IMG/VR virus record: IMGVR_UViG_3300032229_000533
Span: 118,340 to 182,339 of that record
Direction: 5' to 3' (one strand)
DNA from: a virus
DNA: 64,000 nt
The notes under the pieces: model-generated
The model's database searches: none
What the model was told of the DNA's origin: nothing
The model's input: the letters and a program-made list of their open reading frames with translations, nothing else
Shown: one piece after another, positions 43,822 through 53,545 of the stretch
Numbering within the stretch: position 1 is the first letter of the stretch
How the letters are laid out: every line of letters begins with the position of its first letter
Translations under genes and position numbers: made by a program

Positions 43822-44826
43822 ATGATTAAAAAAAATAAAACTTTTGATTCGTTCATGTTTAGGGGTGAATTAGATTTATTAGAGTTCAGGTTAACCGAAT
43901 TAGACCCATTTGTTGATGTTTTTATAATTGCGGAATTTGATTCAAATAAAAAAAATTCAATCTTTATTCAAAACAAATCAAGATTTGACAAATGGAAAAA
44001 GAAAATACGTCACATTTTTGTAACAGAAGAATCTTGTTTGAATAAAATCACTGCGGAGTTTGTAAACCATGACCCAGATTTTGACGATATTCTATTGGTT
44101 TCGGAAATAAATGAGGTTCCTGATTTACGTAAAAAAGATGAAATAACTAAAGAATTAAAATACGGTTCAATCTTACTACAACATCAGAATTTTGTTTGGA
44201 ATATAGACCATATTGATAACTTATTTATTGATGGAACTTTTATGATTGCATTTAATTCTATCTTAGTCGCTAAAGAAATTTTAAAGAAAACATACTCTAA
44301 AAAACACAACTTAAAAAGCGGAGGTATTCAAAGAATTAAAAATGGGTGGAAATTTTCCAACTTTAAACTTGATGATGAATTTAAACAACAGATAGAAGAC
44401 AAATTACCACCTGTTGAGGTTAACCCAATAACAACATACATGTTGGTTGAACATAATGGAAAAATTGAATTACCTGTTAATACAAAGTTATTACCTTATA
44501 ATCAAATAGGTAGATACACCCCAAAAAAACATTTGTTTCTTGTTGAATCTGATGAACCAGAATCTTTGGAAATATTAGAAAACCAATATAGTACGGTTAC
44601 TATAATAAATTTTAGTAATAATTTAAACGAAATAATTGGTGAGAAAATAACAGATAAAACAACAAGAAATGTTCTTTATTTACCTGAAACTATTTTATAT
44701 AATAATGAACAACATAAGTTTCAATCTCAATATAAAATGAACGAAGTTAAACGAATGTTTAGTACGGTTTTCCTTCAAAAACAAGACACAACCAAAATAA
44801 TATATAATAACTCTATTATATTATAA
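43822..44826 (+). CDS. Glycosyltransferase family 17-like protein (diverged)
   Basis: FDSFMFRGELDLLEFRLTELDPFVDVFII.E N-terminus; GWKFS; acidic SEINEVP in place of the DxDE motif. Confidence 0.6.
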   Translation: MIKKNKTFDSFMFRGELDLLEFRLTELDPFVDVFIIAEFDSNKKNSIFIQNKSRFDKWKKKIRHIFVTEESCLNKITAEFVNHDPDFDDILLVSEINEVPDLRKKDEITKELKYGSILLQHQNFVWNIDHIDNLFIDGTFMIAFNSILVAKEILKKTYSKKHNLKSGGIQRIKNGWKFSNFKLDDEFKQQIEDKLPPVEVNPITTYMLVEHNGKIELPVNTKLLPYNQIGRYTPKKHLFLVESDEPESLEILENQYSTVTIINFSNNLNEIIGEKITDKTTRNVLYLPETILYNNEQHKFQSQYKMNEVKRMFSTVFLQKQDTTKIIYNNSIIL

Positions 44827-44858
44827 AAAAACCCCTCTTTTTAGGAGGGGTTTTTTTT
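44825..44858. terminator. Bidirectional intrinsic terminator
   Basis: A-run acccctc tttttag gaggggt T-run between convergent genes. Confidence 0.85.
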
Positions 44859-46344
44859 AATTATATTTTTTAAATCTATTAAACATTTCGTTAATTTTAT
44901 TTTTTTGAATTAAAAAAGATTCTTTTAAATCTTCATCAACCTCTTCAAAATCATCTTCTTCGTCTAATTCACTTTCGTAAGAGAATTCTTGATATGGTCC
45001 TGCTTTACCAGGCCCGTCACTATCAAAATCATATGCTTTTTTCATTGCCCCGTAAATTCCTTGGACTCCTGAAATATCAGGTTGTTCATCTAATTCTCCT
45101 TCATCGTCAGCCCATGCAGATTCCATTGTTTCGTAATCTTTTTCTGGGTCATATCCATACATATCGTCTTCAAAAATAGGGTATCCGCTATTTGGACCAC
45201 CTGATTCAAAATCAAACGCTGGTGTTTCTGGTTCTTCACCATCATCCTCAACCTCAAGGTCGTCAAATGATTTTTGAAATTGGTCTGGTCCGTCAGATTC
45301 AAAATCATAACCTGGGTCAATATTACTTAAATCCATGTCAGGTGCATTTCCACCGCCAGTAAATCCTTGTTCATAAAGTTCTTCATCTTCGTCATCTAAA
45401 CTATCAATAAAATCTTCAACACTTCTTTTACCTAATGAATATCCTGTATCACCACCTTTAAATCCGTACATGTTCTCACCATCGTGATATTCATGTTCAT
45501 CACCGAATTCAACATCCGCTTGATGTGAGGGTGATTTATATCTGTATTTTCTTCCTTTAACTAAATCTTTAACATCAATTTCATACATTTCACCATCAGT
45601 TACTTCAGATGCATTTATATCCTCAAATCCGTCATCTTCATTATCTGTATCGTCAACACCATCTTGAGTATATGATGATTCATAATCTTGGAAATCATAC
45701 TCGTTTTGTTCTTTATAAAGGTTTTTGTGCATTTTTTCAAAAGTATCTACATCATTTGATGAACCCTCAATGTAATCAAATCCCGCACTTGGATTTAAAT
45801 CTTCTTCATCATAAATGTCATCTAAGTGTCCAGTCTCTTCTTCCATGGCGCCGTAACCACATTCGTTACACATACCTTCATACATTTCACCACCACATTC
45901 ACACATATTACCTTCTTCAAGATATGATTCTTCCATATGACCGTAATTACATTCGGTACACATACCATCCATAATCATTGCTCCACAATCATCACAAACT
46001 TCTTTGAGTTTAGTTTTACCTCCAAGTACATCAATAACGACCATATCTTTTTCTTCGTTTCTATCTTTTCTTAAGTTTTTTAATTTATCAGTAGTTTTAC
46101 CACCAAGTACATCATCAATAACGATTTGTTCGTTGATTCCCATATTGGTGTATTTTTTAACCTCACCTTTATTGTTAACAACCATACCATCTTTATCTCC
46201 AGCAAAGTCATATACCGTTAATGGTTGTGTATTAGATACCTGCGGTTGCATTGTTTGGTATCCGTTATATAAACTCTTGTGTTGGTTCAAAATATCTGAT
46301 TTCTCAGATGCAGATAATTGACCTAATCCAAAATATCCTCTCAT
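44857..46344 (-). CDS. Very acidic protein with CxxC repeats
   Basis: 495 aa; CDDCG/CTEC/CECGG/CNECG; repeated YDF(E/D)SDG motifs; duplicated VID(D)VLGGKT. Confidence 0.7.
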   Translation of the reverse strand: MRGYFGLGQLSASEKSDILNQHKSLYNGYQTMQPQVSNTQPLTVYDFAGDKDGMVVNNKGEVKKYTNMGINEQIVIDDVLGGKTTDKLKNLRKDRNEEKDMVVIDVLGGKTKLKEVCDDCGAMIMDGMCTECNYGHMEESYLEEGNMCECGGEMYEGMCNECGYGAMEEETGHLDDIYDEEDLNPSAGFDYIEGSSNDVDTFEKMHKNLYKEQNEYDFQDYESSYTQDGVDDTDNEDDGFEDINASEVTDGEMYEIDVKDLVKGRKYRYKSPSHQADVEFGDEHEYHDGENMYGFKGGDTGYSLGKRSVEDFIDSLDDEDEELYEQGFTGGGNAPDMDLSNIDPGYDFESDGPDQFQKSFDDLEVEDDGEEPETPAFDFESGGPNSGYPIFEDDMYGYDPEKDYETMESAWADDEGELDEQPDISGVQGIYGAMKKAYDFDSDGPGKAGPYQEFSYESELDEEDDFEEVDEDLKESFLIQKNKINEMFNRFKKYN

Positions 46345-46520
46345 AATTTTTTTTATTTATAAATACCTACAAAAACTCAATTTTTGTTTGACTATAATAA
46401 AAGTTAGATTTATAATTATGTGAGACGGGAAGAGTTAATATTTTTTTGATAGTATCTTGGTACTTTACTTTCGCCTAATTAAAGCTCTCCCGTCTTTTTA
46501 TTCACTTAATTTATTTTAAC

Positions 46521-46778
46521 ATGAGTATTGAAGATTACAACGTTGACGAATTTGCTGAAGGGGCAATAAAACTTGATGGGTTTGATGACGCAATTGTCGG
46601 TATTGTAGAACAATTTGGAAGTGGTGGTCCACAAATCTTATATTCCAAAAACAAAATTATCTACACATTACAAGAAAGAGACGGGATGACCTGGTCAGAA
46701 GCTGAAGAGTTTTATGACTACAATATTTTGGGTCTTTATGCTAGTGACCAAAATCCAGTTTTTTTAATTACAGAATAA
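46521..46778 (+). CDS. Hypothetical phage protein
   Basis: LDGFDDAIVG...YSKNKI...EAEEFYDYNILG. Confidence 0.7.
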   Translation: MSIEDYNVDEFAEGAIKLDGFDDAIVGIVEQFGSGGPQILYSKNKIIYTLQERDGMTWSEAEEFYDYNILGLYASDQNPVFLITE

Positions 46779-46809
46779 TTTGTATCTTTGTCGTCTTAAA
46801 CGATAACAG

Positions 46810-47307
46810 ATGAATATATTCATATTAGACCTTGATGTTAAAAAATGCGCCCAATATCATGTTGATAAACATGTTGTTAAAATGATATTGGAAACCGCCC
46901 AACTTTTGTGCGGTGTTCACCATGTATCTGATGGTAATATCACAAGTGTCCCATACAAACTATCCCATAAAAATCACCCATGTTCTATTTGGTGTCGTGA
47001 GTCATTGTCAAATTATTTGTATTTGTGTGAGTTAGGTTTGGAATTGTGTTATGAATACACATACCGATATGGAAAACGTCATAAATCACAAGATGTAATT
47101 GAATGGTGTTTAGTCAATAAACCAAATATACCTGATGTCGGATTTACGGAACCCGCAAAGGCAATGCCTGATGAGTTTAAAGTAAAATCAGTGGTTCAAT
47201 CATATAGAAATTATTACATGGGGGCAAAATCGGGATTTGCTGTTTGGAAAAATAGAGAAAAACCTTCTTGGTTTAAAGAAAATGTGTTAGATTTGCAGTA
47301 TGATTAA
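46810..47307 (+). CDS. Pyrimidine-dimer DNA glycosylase/DenV-like family protein
   Basis: MNIFILD...CAQYHVDKHVVKMILETAQLL...HKNHPC..W...YR.YY. Confidence 0.8.
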   Translation: MNIFILDLDVKKCAQYHVDKHVVKMILETAQLLCGVHHVSDGNITSVPYKLSHKNHPCSIWCRESLSNYLYLCELGLELCYEYTYRYGKRHKSQDVIEWCLVNKPNIPDVGFTEPAKAMPDEFKVKSVVQSYRNYYMGAKSGFAVWKNREKPSWFKENVLDLQYD

Positions 47308-47962
47308 GATAGACAAAGATTTTAAAGGTAATGTGTGGATTTTTTCTGACCCACACTACAATCACAAAAATATATGTCGTGGTACGACAAACTGGCGTAT
47401 GCCAGATGGTTCAATTCCGATTGAGCAAACTCGTGATTTCCAAACATTGGAAAAAATGAATGCTGAAATCGTCAATAATATAAATGAGAACGTAATGCAA
47501 GACGACATTTTAATTTGTCTTGGAGATTGGAGTTTTGGTGGGTTTGAATCTATCAAAGAATTTTGGGACCGAATTGTTTGTAAAAACATTCACCTTGTTC
47601 TTGGTAACCACGACCACCACATTGAGAATAACAGAGAGGGATGTCAAGGTTATTTCAAAAGTGTTGCACATTACAACACTTTGAAGATTGACGAACACAC
47701 ATTCCGTATGATGCACTACCCAATCAGTTCTTGGGATGGTCTTAACAAAGGAGTTATGCACCTTCACGGTCACTGCCACCTCCCAACCAATTTAAGGTTT
47801 GGTAAAGGTCAAAGAATGGATGTTGGAATGGATGGTCACCCTGAATTCCGTCCATACAATATTAGACGTGAAGTTGTACCTTTGTTAAGACACAGACCTA
47901 AAGTATCCGAAATGGATAATGACCACCACACAGATGAAATAGTAAATAAAGACCAAGGATGA
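47300..47962 (+). CDS. Calcineurin-like metallophosphoesterase
   Basis: SDPH, LGDW, LGNHD, HLHGHCH, DVG. Confidence 0.9.
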   Translation: MIKIDKDFKGNVWIFSDPHYNHKNICRGTTNWRMPDGSIPIEQTRDFQTLEKMNAEIVNNINENVMQDDILICLGDWSFGGFESIKEFWDRIVCKNIHLVLGNHDHHIENNREGCQGYFKSVAHYNTLKIDEHTFRMMHYPISSWDGLNKGVMHLHGHCHLPTNLRFGKGQRMDVGMDGHPEFRPYNIRREVVPLLRHRPKVSEMDNDHHTDEIVNKDQG

Positions 47963-48306
47963 TTGATATCAAATATTATTATAAACAACCAAAACAAGAA
48001 TATTTTGACGAGTTAAAATTGGCATGTATTAAGTTTTGGGGGGCATTTGACAACCAATTCGGTTATGCAACTGAAAAAATTAATAGTATCAAGGATTTAG
48101 AGAACAACTCAACAAATTATATGATGATGGTTAAAATGTTTCACCAATTAAATTGGGAAGTTCTTGCAGAATTACTATCTTTGGAGGTAAGAAACGACAT
48201 CAGCATTCGGTTGAATGCTGGTGTTGAATCGGTGGAGACAGATTTTTTTAATATTTGGGGGACAAACAAAGCAAAAGAACAATATGGAAGCGATTTTAAA
48301 ATTTAA
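47959..48306 (+). CDS. Hypothetical protein
   Basis: 115 aa ORF. Confidence 0.6.
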   Translation: MIDIKYYYKQPKQEYFDELKLACIKFWGAFDNQFGYATEKINSIKDLENNSTNYMMMVKMFHQLNWEVLAELLSLEVRNDISIRLNAGVESVETDFFNIWGTNKAKEQYGSDFKI

Positions 48307-48511
48307 TTTACCTGAAGAAAGGCGTGAGTTTGAATTAACAGTTGACGCAGCTAAATGGTATTCGGTATGTTGGGACATGGACCAATATTTGAGAGCGCAA
48401 ACAAAATACGCTCCTGATGATATGCCTGAGGAAGTGTATAAAACTCTTAACAAAACAAGGGATAGGCTACATCAACTTTTATCAGAAAACAGTGTTGATT
48501 TCAATGACTAA
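48284..48511 (+). CDS. Small hypothetical phage protein
   Basis: Start moved to MEAILKFNLPEE. Confidence 0.65.
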   Translation: MEAILKFNLPEERREFELTVDAAKWYSVCWDMDQYLRAQTKYAPDDMPEEVYKTLNKTRDRLHQLLSENSVDFND

Positions 48512-48731
48512 CAAAACTTGTAAAGAATGCCCATGGAGGGTTAAAAATAATCATAATGATATGATTGTGGGGTTTTCCAAAAAAATGGACAAACCTCACA
48601 ACTGTCATATGAAAACTGAAGGAAAAGAACTTTGGAATGCAACAGAAAAAACTAAATGTAATGGAAGAAAAGAATACGAGAAAAACCGTGATACACGAGG
48701 AACTCAACGAGAAACAACAGGAAATGTATAA
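48504..48731 (+). CDS. Small Cys/His-rich protein
   Basis: Start moved to MTNKTCKECPW...HNCH...C. Confidence 0.55.
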   Translation: MTNKTCKECPWRVKNNHNDMIVGFSKKMDKPHNCHMKTEGKELWNATEKTKCNGRKEYEKNRDTRGTQRETTGNV

Positions 48732-48879
48732 TGAATGGTTGTCTCACATTAAAGCAATCTATGGTGAGTATGGAACATTTACTTGGAAAATAACACCTAC
48801 AGGAATTGGTAATGGAATTGTGGTATATAGTCACCATACAAAAACAGAATTAGATTTAACTGACGTAGATAGTTGGTAA
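48661..48879 (+). CDS. Small hypothetical protein
   Basis: Start moved to MEEKN; ends ELDLTDVDSW. Confidence 0.6.
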   Translation: MEEKNTRKTVIHEELNEKQQEMYNEWLSHIKAIYGEYGTFTWKITPTGIGNGIVVYSHHTKTELDLTDVDSW

Positions 48880-48907
48880 TTCAAAATAAAACTCTTATAT
48901 TTGCTCT

Positions 48908-49312
48908 ATGAAAAATTTATATCTACTTCGTGGTCTTCCTGGTTCAGGTAAATCCACATTAGCAGAACAATTAGGAGGTTCTCATTTTGAAACCGACTCA
49001 TATTTTATGTCTCCTGACAAAAACTACAACTTTGACCCTTCAAAATTAAAAGAAGCACATCAATGGTGTCAGGACTTGGTTGCAAATGCAATGCTTCTTA
49101 ATTATACTACAGGAAACAATGAGACCATTGTTGTTTCCAATACATTCACCCAAGAATGGGAAATGAAACCATATATGGATATGGCGAAAGAATGGGGTTA
49201 TAGAGTTTTTACTATTATTGTTGAAAACCGACATGGTGGTGTGAATCAACACGGAGTACCAGATGAAAAACTTCAACAAATGAACGACAGATTTGAAATT
49301 AAATTAAAATAA
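48908..49312 (+). CDS. P-loop polynucleotide-kinase-like protein (AAA_33)
   Basis: LRGLPGSGKST, VVSNTF.Q.WE, HGVP. Confidence 0.85.
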   Translation: MKNLYLLRGLPGSGKSTLAEQLGGSHFETDSYFMSPDKNYNFDPSKLKEAHQWCQDLVANAMLLNYTTGNNETIVVSNTFTQEWEMKPYMDMAKEWGYRVFTIIVENRHGGVNQHGVPDEKLQQMNDRFEIKLK

Positions 49313-49319
49313 CATACAT

Positions 49320-49538
49320 ATGCAAACACTTACATTCAACACAACAACAAAACAAGTCCAACTATTAGATGGTCCAAGAGGGTCTTCGCTCACATTAGAA
49401 ATTTTTGATAACATATCAACAGTTAAAGTTAATGTCGCTCATTATGAGGTAATGCAAAAAATTAATGATGATACAAGTTCAGCAATTCCTGTTATGAGAG
49501 TTCCAATTTCTAATACAAACATGATTATCATAAAATAA
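49320..49538 (+). CDS. Hypothetical protein
   Basis: 72 aa ORF. Confidence 0.6.
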   Translation: MQTLTFNTTTKQVQLLDGPRGSSLTLEIFDNISTVKVNVAHYEVMQKINDDTSSAIPVMRVPISNTNMIIIK

Positions 49539-49562
49539 TTAAACAAAACAACTAAAACCATG

Positions 49563-49598
49563 AAAAAATCCTCATCTTAATCGGTGAGGGTTTTTTTT
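49563..49598 (+). terminator. Intrinsic terminator
   Basis: aatcctcatc ttaatc ggtgagggtt followed by a T run. Confidence 0.75.
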
Positions 49599-49627
49599 AT
49601 TTCCAAAAAATTTACTATCTTTGTCAG

Positions 49628-50668
49628 ATGAATCAATTTTTATACACATTAGAGCAATACTCAAGGACTGGTCACCTGTTTAAACAGGTTCACCGTACTT
49701 TACCATTGTCTATATGGAACTACACACCTGAAGTTCAATATGGTCAGTCGTGGGATGAGATTACTTTGCAATGTCGTGGATTGGTTACGGATAATGAGGG
49801 TAACGTAGTTGCAAGACCATTTAAAAAATTCTTCAATATAGAAGAAGGAAAACACACTCCAACTGAAGAGTTTGAAGTTTTTGAAAAAATGGATGGTTCT
49901 TTAGGTATTGTATTCAAATACAATGGCGAAGTAATCTACGCAACTCGTGGTTCATTCTCATCAGACCAAGCAAAATGGATGGCAAATTATGGTAATGAAA
50001 ATAATTTCAAAGACATTTTAGTTGAAGGTTTTACTTATCTATTTGAAATAATCTATCCTGAAAACAGAATCGTTGTTGATTACGGTGGTGAAGAAAAATT
50101 GGTATTACTTGGTATTATCAACACTGAAACTGGTGAAGAAGTACCACACAATGATTTGTTTGAAGGGTTTGATGTTGTCAAAAAATATGATGGTATTAAG
50201 GACTACTCAACATTAAAAGTTTTAGTTGGTAATAACGCCGAAGGATTTGTTGTTCGTTTCTCAAATGGAGACCGAATGAAAATCAAAGGTGAAGAATACT
50301 TACGTCTTCATAAAATAATGACAAACATATCAACAACTGGTGTTTGGGAAATGTTATCAAATGGTAAAGACATAAATGAAGTATTAAAAGATGTTCCTGA
50401 CGAATTTTACAAAAAAGTTAAGGAATATGCCGATAGACTAAATTACGGTTATTACCAAGTTTCAGAACAATGTGGTAAATCTCATGACTATTTCCGTTAT
50501 GGAAAATATGGAGACCGTGAAGTTGAACCGACAAAAAAAGAATATGCTGAGCATGTTATGAAATATTCTCATCCACCTTATCGTTCAGTAATGTTCGCAA
50601 TGTGGGATGGAAAACCATACGATAAATTAATATGGAATATACTTAAACCTGAATTTAAAAAACTTTAA
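49628..50668 (+). CDS. RNA ligase 1 (T4 Rnl1-like)
   Basis: CRGLV, RPFKKFFN, EKMDGSLG (adenylated Lys), EGFVV, RMKIK. Confidence 0.92.
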   Translation: MNQFLYTLEQYSRTGHLFKQVHRTLPLSIWNYTPEVQYGQSWDEITLQCRGLVTDNEGNVVARPFKKFFNIEEGKHTPTEEFEVFEKMDGSLGIVFKYNGEVIYATRGSFSSDQAKWMANYGNENNFKDILVEGFTYLFEIIYPENRIVVDYGGEEKLVLLGIINTETGEEVPHNDLFEGFDVVKKYDGIKDYSTLKVLVGNNAEGFVVRFSNGDRMKIKGEEYLRLHKIMTNISTTGVWEMLSNGKDINEVLKDVPDEFYKKVKEYADRLNYGYYQVSEQCGKSHDYFRYGKYGDREVEPTKKEYAEHVMKYSHPPYRSVMFAMWDGKPYDKLIWNILKPEFKKL

Positions 50669-50670
50669 CC

Positions 50671-50874
50671 ATGGAACAAAAACTAAAAGAAATCTATGAA
50701 AAAAACATAAGCAATAGTTTTGTATTGGATAAAGATGGTGTAATAAAATCTATGGAAGAGTCGTATGAGTTGGGGTCTAAAGAAGTTTTAGATTGGTTAT
50801 CTAAAATGGACTATTTATCCGATAACATAAATTACATAATTGATGAATGGAATAACAGAAAGAAAAAGTCATGA
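50671..50874 (+). CDS. Hypothetical protein
   Basis: 67 aa ORF in operon. Confidence 0.55.
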   Translation: MEQKLKEIYEKNISNSFVLDKDGVIKSMEESYELGSKEVLDWLSKMDYLSDNINYIIDEWNNRKKKS

Positions 50875-51053
50875 CAAACGAAGAACACGTAGAGGAAATA
50901 TTAATTGAAGCTTATAAATTGGGTCTTACTTCTAAAGTATTTGAAATAGTTAAATCTCTATCCAAAGAGCATAAAGGTAGTAGAGCTGATATATATGAAC
51001 TTGCATTAAAAATTGTAAAAAATAATGAAAAACTGGTTTATAGCACAGAATAG
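50871..51053 (+). CDS. Hypothetical protein
   Basis: 60 aa ORF; ATGA coupling with the upstream gene. Confidence 0.55.
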   Translation: MTNEEHVEEILIEAYKLGLTSKVFEIVKSLSKEHKGSRADIYELALKIVKNNEKLVYSTE

Positions 51054-51213
51054 TTTCGTATATTTTAAAGGAAGGGTTTGGTTCATACCTTGTATTAGTA
51101 TTTGGTATGATAAAAACACCTTTTTAGAAACAGGTGTAACTACGCCAGCGTTTGGACTACAGATTGCCTGGTTGGGTTGGACCTACGGATTTATGATACA
51201 AAAAGGATATTAA
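51025..51213 (+). CDS. Small aromatic-rich protein
   Basis: 62 aa ORF. Confidence 0.5.
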   Translation: MKNWFIAQNSFVYFKGRVWFIPCISIWYDKNTFLETGVTTPAFGLQIAWLGWTYGFMIQKGY

Positions 51214-51215
51214 TT

Positions 51216-51617
51216 ATGGAATTATTAGTTACACACCCAGTAAAAAAATCGGATTTAGGGTTTCACGGAAATTTGTTCGGGGGGAAATTATTGTCTTGGA
51301 TTGACGCCGCACTTGCAGCTTATGCAATGGAAAAATGTCATACACAGAATATGATTACAGTTTCAATTGATGAATGTGTATTTAAAAAACCTGCAAAAGA
51401 AAAACAATTAGTTAAAATCTATGCCGAGATAATAAAAATCGGGAATACCTCCGCAAAATTTAAAATAGAAGCTAGAGCATTCAATGTGTTCAGAGGAGAT
51501 GAAGTTGTTATATTAGCAACAAACATGACATTTGTTAGAGTAGATGAAGAAGGAGTTCCAATTCCTATTTCAGAACAAGTAAAAAGATTATTTTATACAC
51601 CAGACGACAGATTATGA
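51216..51617 (+). CDS. Acyl-CoA thioesterase (HotDog fold)
   Basis: Start moved to MELLVT; DLGFHGNLFGGKLLSWID.A...VSIDECVF..P...FVRVDEEG.P. Confidence 0.88.
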   Translation: MELLVTHPVKKSDLGFHGNLFGGKLLSWIDAALAAYAMEKCHTQNMITVSIDECVFKKPAKEKQLVKIYAEIIKIGNTSAKFKIEARAFNVFRGDEVVILATNMTFVRVDEEGVPIPISEQVKRLFYTPDDRL

Positions 51618-52924
51618 ATAATATAGATAAACAATACCAAGAATTACTCCAATCTATTTTAGATTACGGGGTTGAAAAGAAAGACAGGACAGGTACAGGA
51701 ACCAAAAGTATTTTTGGTTATACCATTCGTCATAATATGAAAGATGGGTTTCCACTTCTTACAACCAAGAAAATGGCTTGGAAAACTATGGTAACTGAGT
51801 TACTATGGTTCTTACGTGGTGATACAAACATTAAGTTCCTGGTTGATAATGGTTGTCATATTTGGGATGGTGATTGTTTCTCTAATTACCAAAAACAAAT
51901 GCATAAGATAATGATGAATAATATCAAATATGAAAAAGGGTTTGATACAACGGTATTGAATGAAAGAACAGATGGTTTTTGGTCTTATGAAGAATTCATA
52001 AACAAAATAAAAACAGATGATGAGTTTGCTAAAAAGTGGGGGTCACTCGGTCCCGTGTATGGTAAGCAATGGAGAAGCTGGACTAAAAAGAAAATGTATC
52101 TATCAACCGATGGTTCATATGAGAACATCTATGATGAGGCAGACCAAACTGTTATTGACCAAATATCAATCCTAATCAACGACCTTAAAACAAATCCAGA
52201 CTCAAGACGATTAATGGTTAATGCTTGGAATGTAGGTGAATTAGACCAAATGGTTCTTCCACCTTGTCATTATGGATTTCAAGTTTATACAAGAGAGTTG
52301 AGTGATGATGAGAGAATAAAGCTATTTACTAAAATAACAAATCCAAAAGGATATGAAGGTAAAATTGAAAATACAGTTCAAGAACTACTAACAATGAATA
52401 ACATACCAACCAGAGCAATCTCTTTAATGTGGAATCAACGTTCAGTAGATACATTCTTAGGTTTACCATTCAACATTGCAAGTTATGGATTATTACTTGA
52501 AATCATTGCTAAGGAAGTAAATATGGTTCCTGATGAATTGATTGGTAACTTGGGTGATACACATTTGTATCTAAATCATATTGAACAGGCTAAGGAACAA
52601 ATTGGTAGAGATTATACATTAGAGGAACGACTTAATATGGTTTCTGAGGAAATACAAAATGAATTTAGTAGTGGTATAGTTAATTTACCTAATTTTCCAA
52701 ACACTCCAGTTTGGAGTGATGATGGTAAAATGTCCTGTTTAGATGATTTTGGAGTACCTCGTAGAACAAGAGAACCATATCCATTACCAACACTAAACAT
52801 TTTTGAACCAGCAATTGGTAAAAAAATATCTATACTTGATAATTTACATATATGGTCACCTAATTGTTTTATTATAGAAAACTATCAATCACACCCAACA
52901 ATTAAAGCGCCTCTATCTAATTAA
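51614..52924 (+). CDS. thyA: Thymidylate synthase with large insertions
   Basis: DRTGTGT, FPLLTTKK, ELLWFLRG, LPPCH, QRSVDTFLGLPFNIASY, GDTHLYLNH, in 436 aa. Confidence 0.96.
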   Translation: MNNIDKQYQELLQSILDYGVEKKDRTGTGTKSIFGYTIRHNMKDGFPLLTTKKMAWKTMVTELLWFLRGDTNIKFLVDNGCHIWDGDCFSNYQKQMHKIMMNNIKYEKGFDTTVLNERTDGFWSYEEFINKIKTDDEFAKKWGSLGPVYGKQWRSWTKKKMYLSTDGSYENIYDEADQTVIDQISILINDLKTNPDSRRLMVNAWNVGELDQMVLPPCHYGFQVYTRELSDDERIKLFTKITNPKGYEGKIENTVQELLTMNNIPTRAISLMWNQRSVDTFLGLPFNIASYGLLLEIIAKEVNMVPDELIGNLGDTHLYLNHIEQAKEQIGRDYTLEERLNMVSEEIQNEFSSGIVNLPNFPNTPVWSDDGKMSCLDDFGVPRRTREPYPLPTLNIFEPAIGKKISILDNLHIWSPNCFIIENYQSHPTIKAPLSN

Positions 52925-52927
52925 ATT

Positions 52928-53545
52928 ATGAAATTAAACTCAAATATTCCGTCTTTTAAAGGACTTGTTAAAAAATCTTATTTTACTAAAAACATTGAAG
53001 ACGATAAAGAGTTTTATAACGTTTATGTTTTTGGTATTCAATCTTGTGGTGGTCAAATACTTACTTTTCACGTTATGACAGATAATGGTATGTTGAGAAG
53101 TAGAGTACCTCTGTCGGAAATTTATACTAAAATTCCGACAAATGATATCCCCTTCAATTTTAAACAATTGTGGGATTGTTTTAGTGAGAACGTTTCTGTA
53201 ATTGAGTATGATTTTTTAGCGTTTCACAGGGCTCAAATTGTTTTAAGAGACGGAACAAAAGTTTGGGGTACATATATGTTTACAGTTGATTGGTATAGTA
53301 ATCCATATAGTGATGAACCATCTGATTATAAATGTGGACATATATTTGAGTCAGATGAGGGGTATTTATTATGTCAACCAAACAATAGACTTTTTTGGAG
53401 GGATAGTAATTGGGTTACCAAATCACTTCCTGAAGATTTAAAACAATTTAAAGTTGATACAGAGTCAATATCAGTTGAAAACCAATCAGATAGATGGGTG
53501 ACTGAAGATAGTAATTCATTTTACTACGATATCAAAGAAAAATAA
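52928..53545 (+). CDS. Conserved hypothetical phage protein
   Basis: 205 aa; RVPLS, QLWDCFS, YMFTVDW, QPNNR. Confidence 0.7.
   Translation: MKLNSNIPSFKGLVKKSYFTKNIEDDKEFYNVYVFGIQSCGGQILTFHVMTDNGMLRSRVPLSEIYTKIPTNDIPFNFKQLWDCFSENVSVIEYDFLAFHRAQIVLRDGTKVWGTYMFTVDWYSNPYSDEPSDYKCGHIFESDEGYLLCQPNNRLFWRDSNWVTKSLPEDLKQFKVDTESISVENQSDRWVTEDSNSFYYDIKEK

Noticed and set aside
51614-52924. Intein or intron in thyA, terL or clpC
   Set aside because: No frame breaks, no intein terminal residues and no LAGLIDADG motifs.
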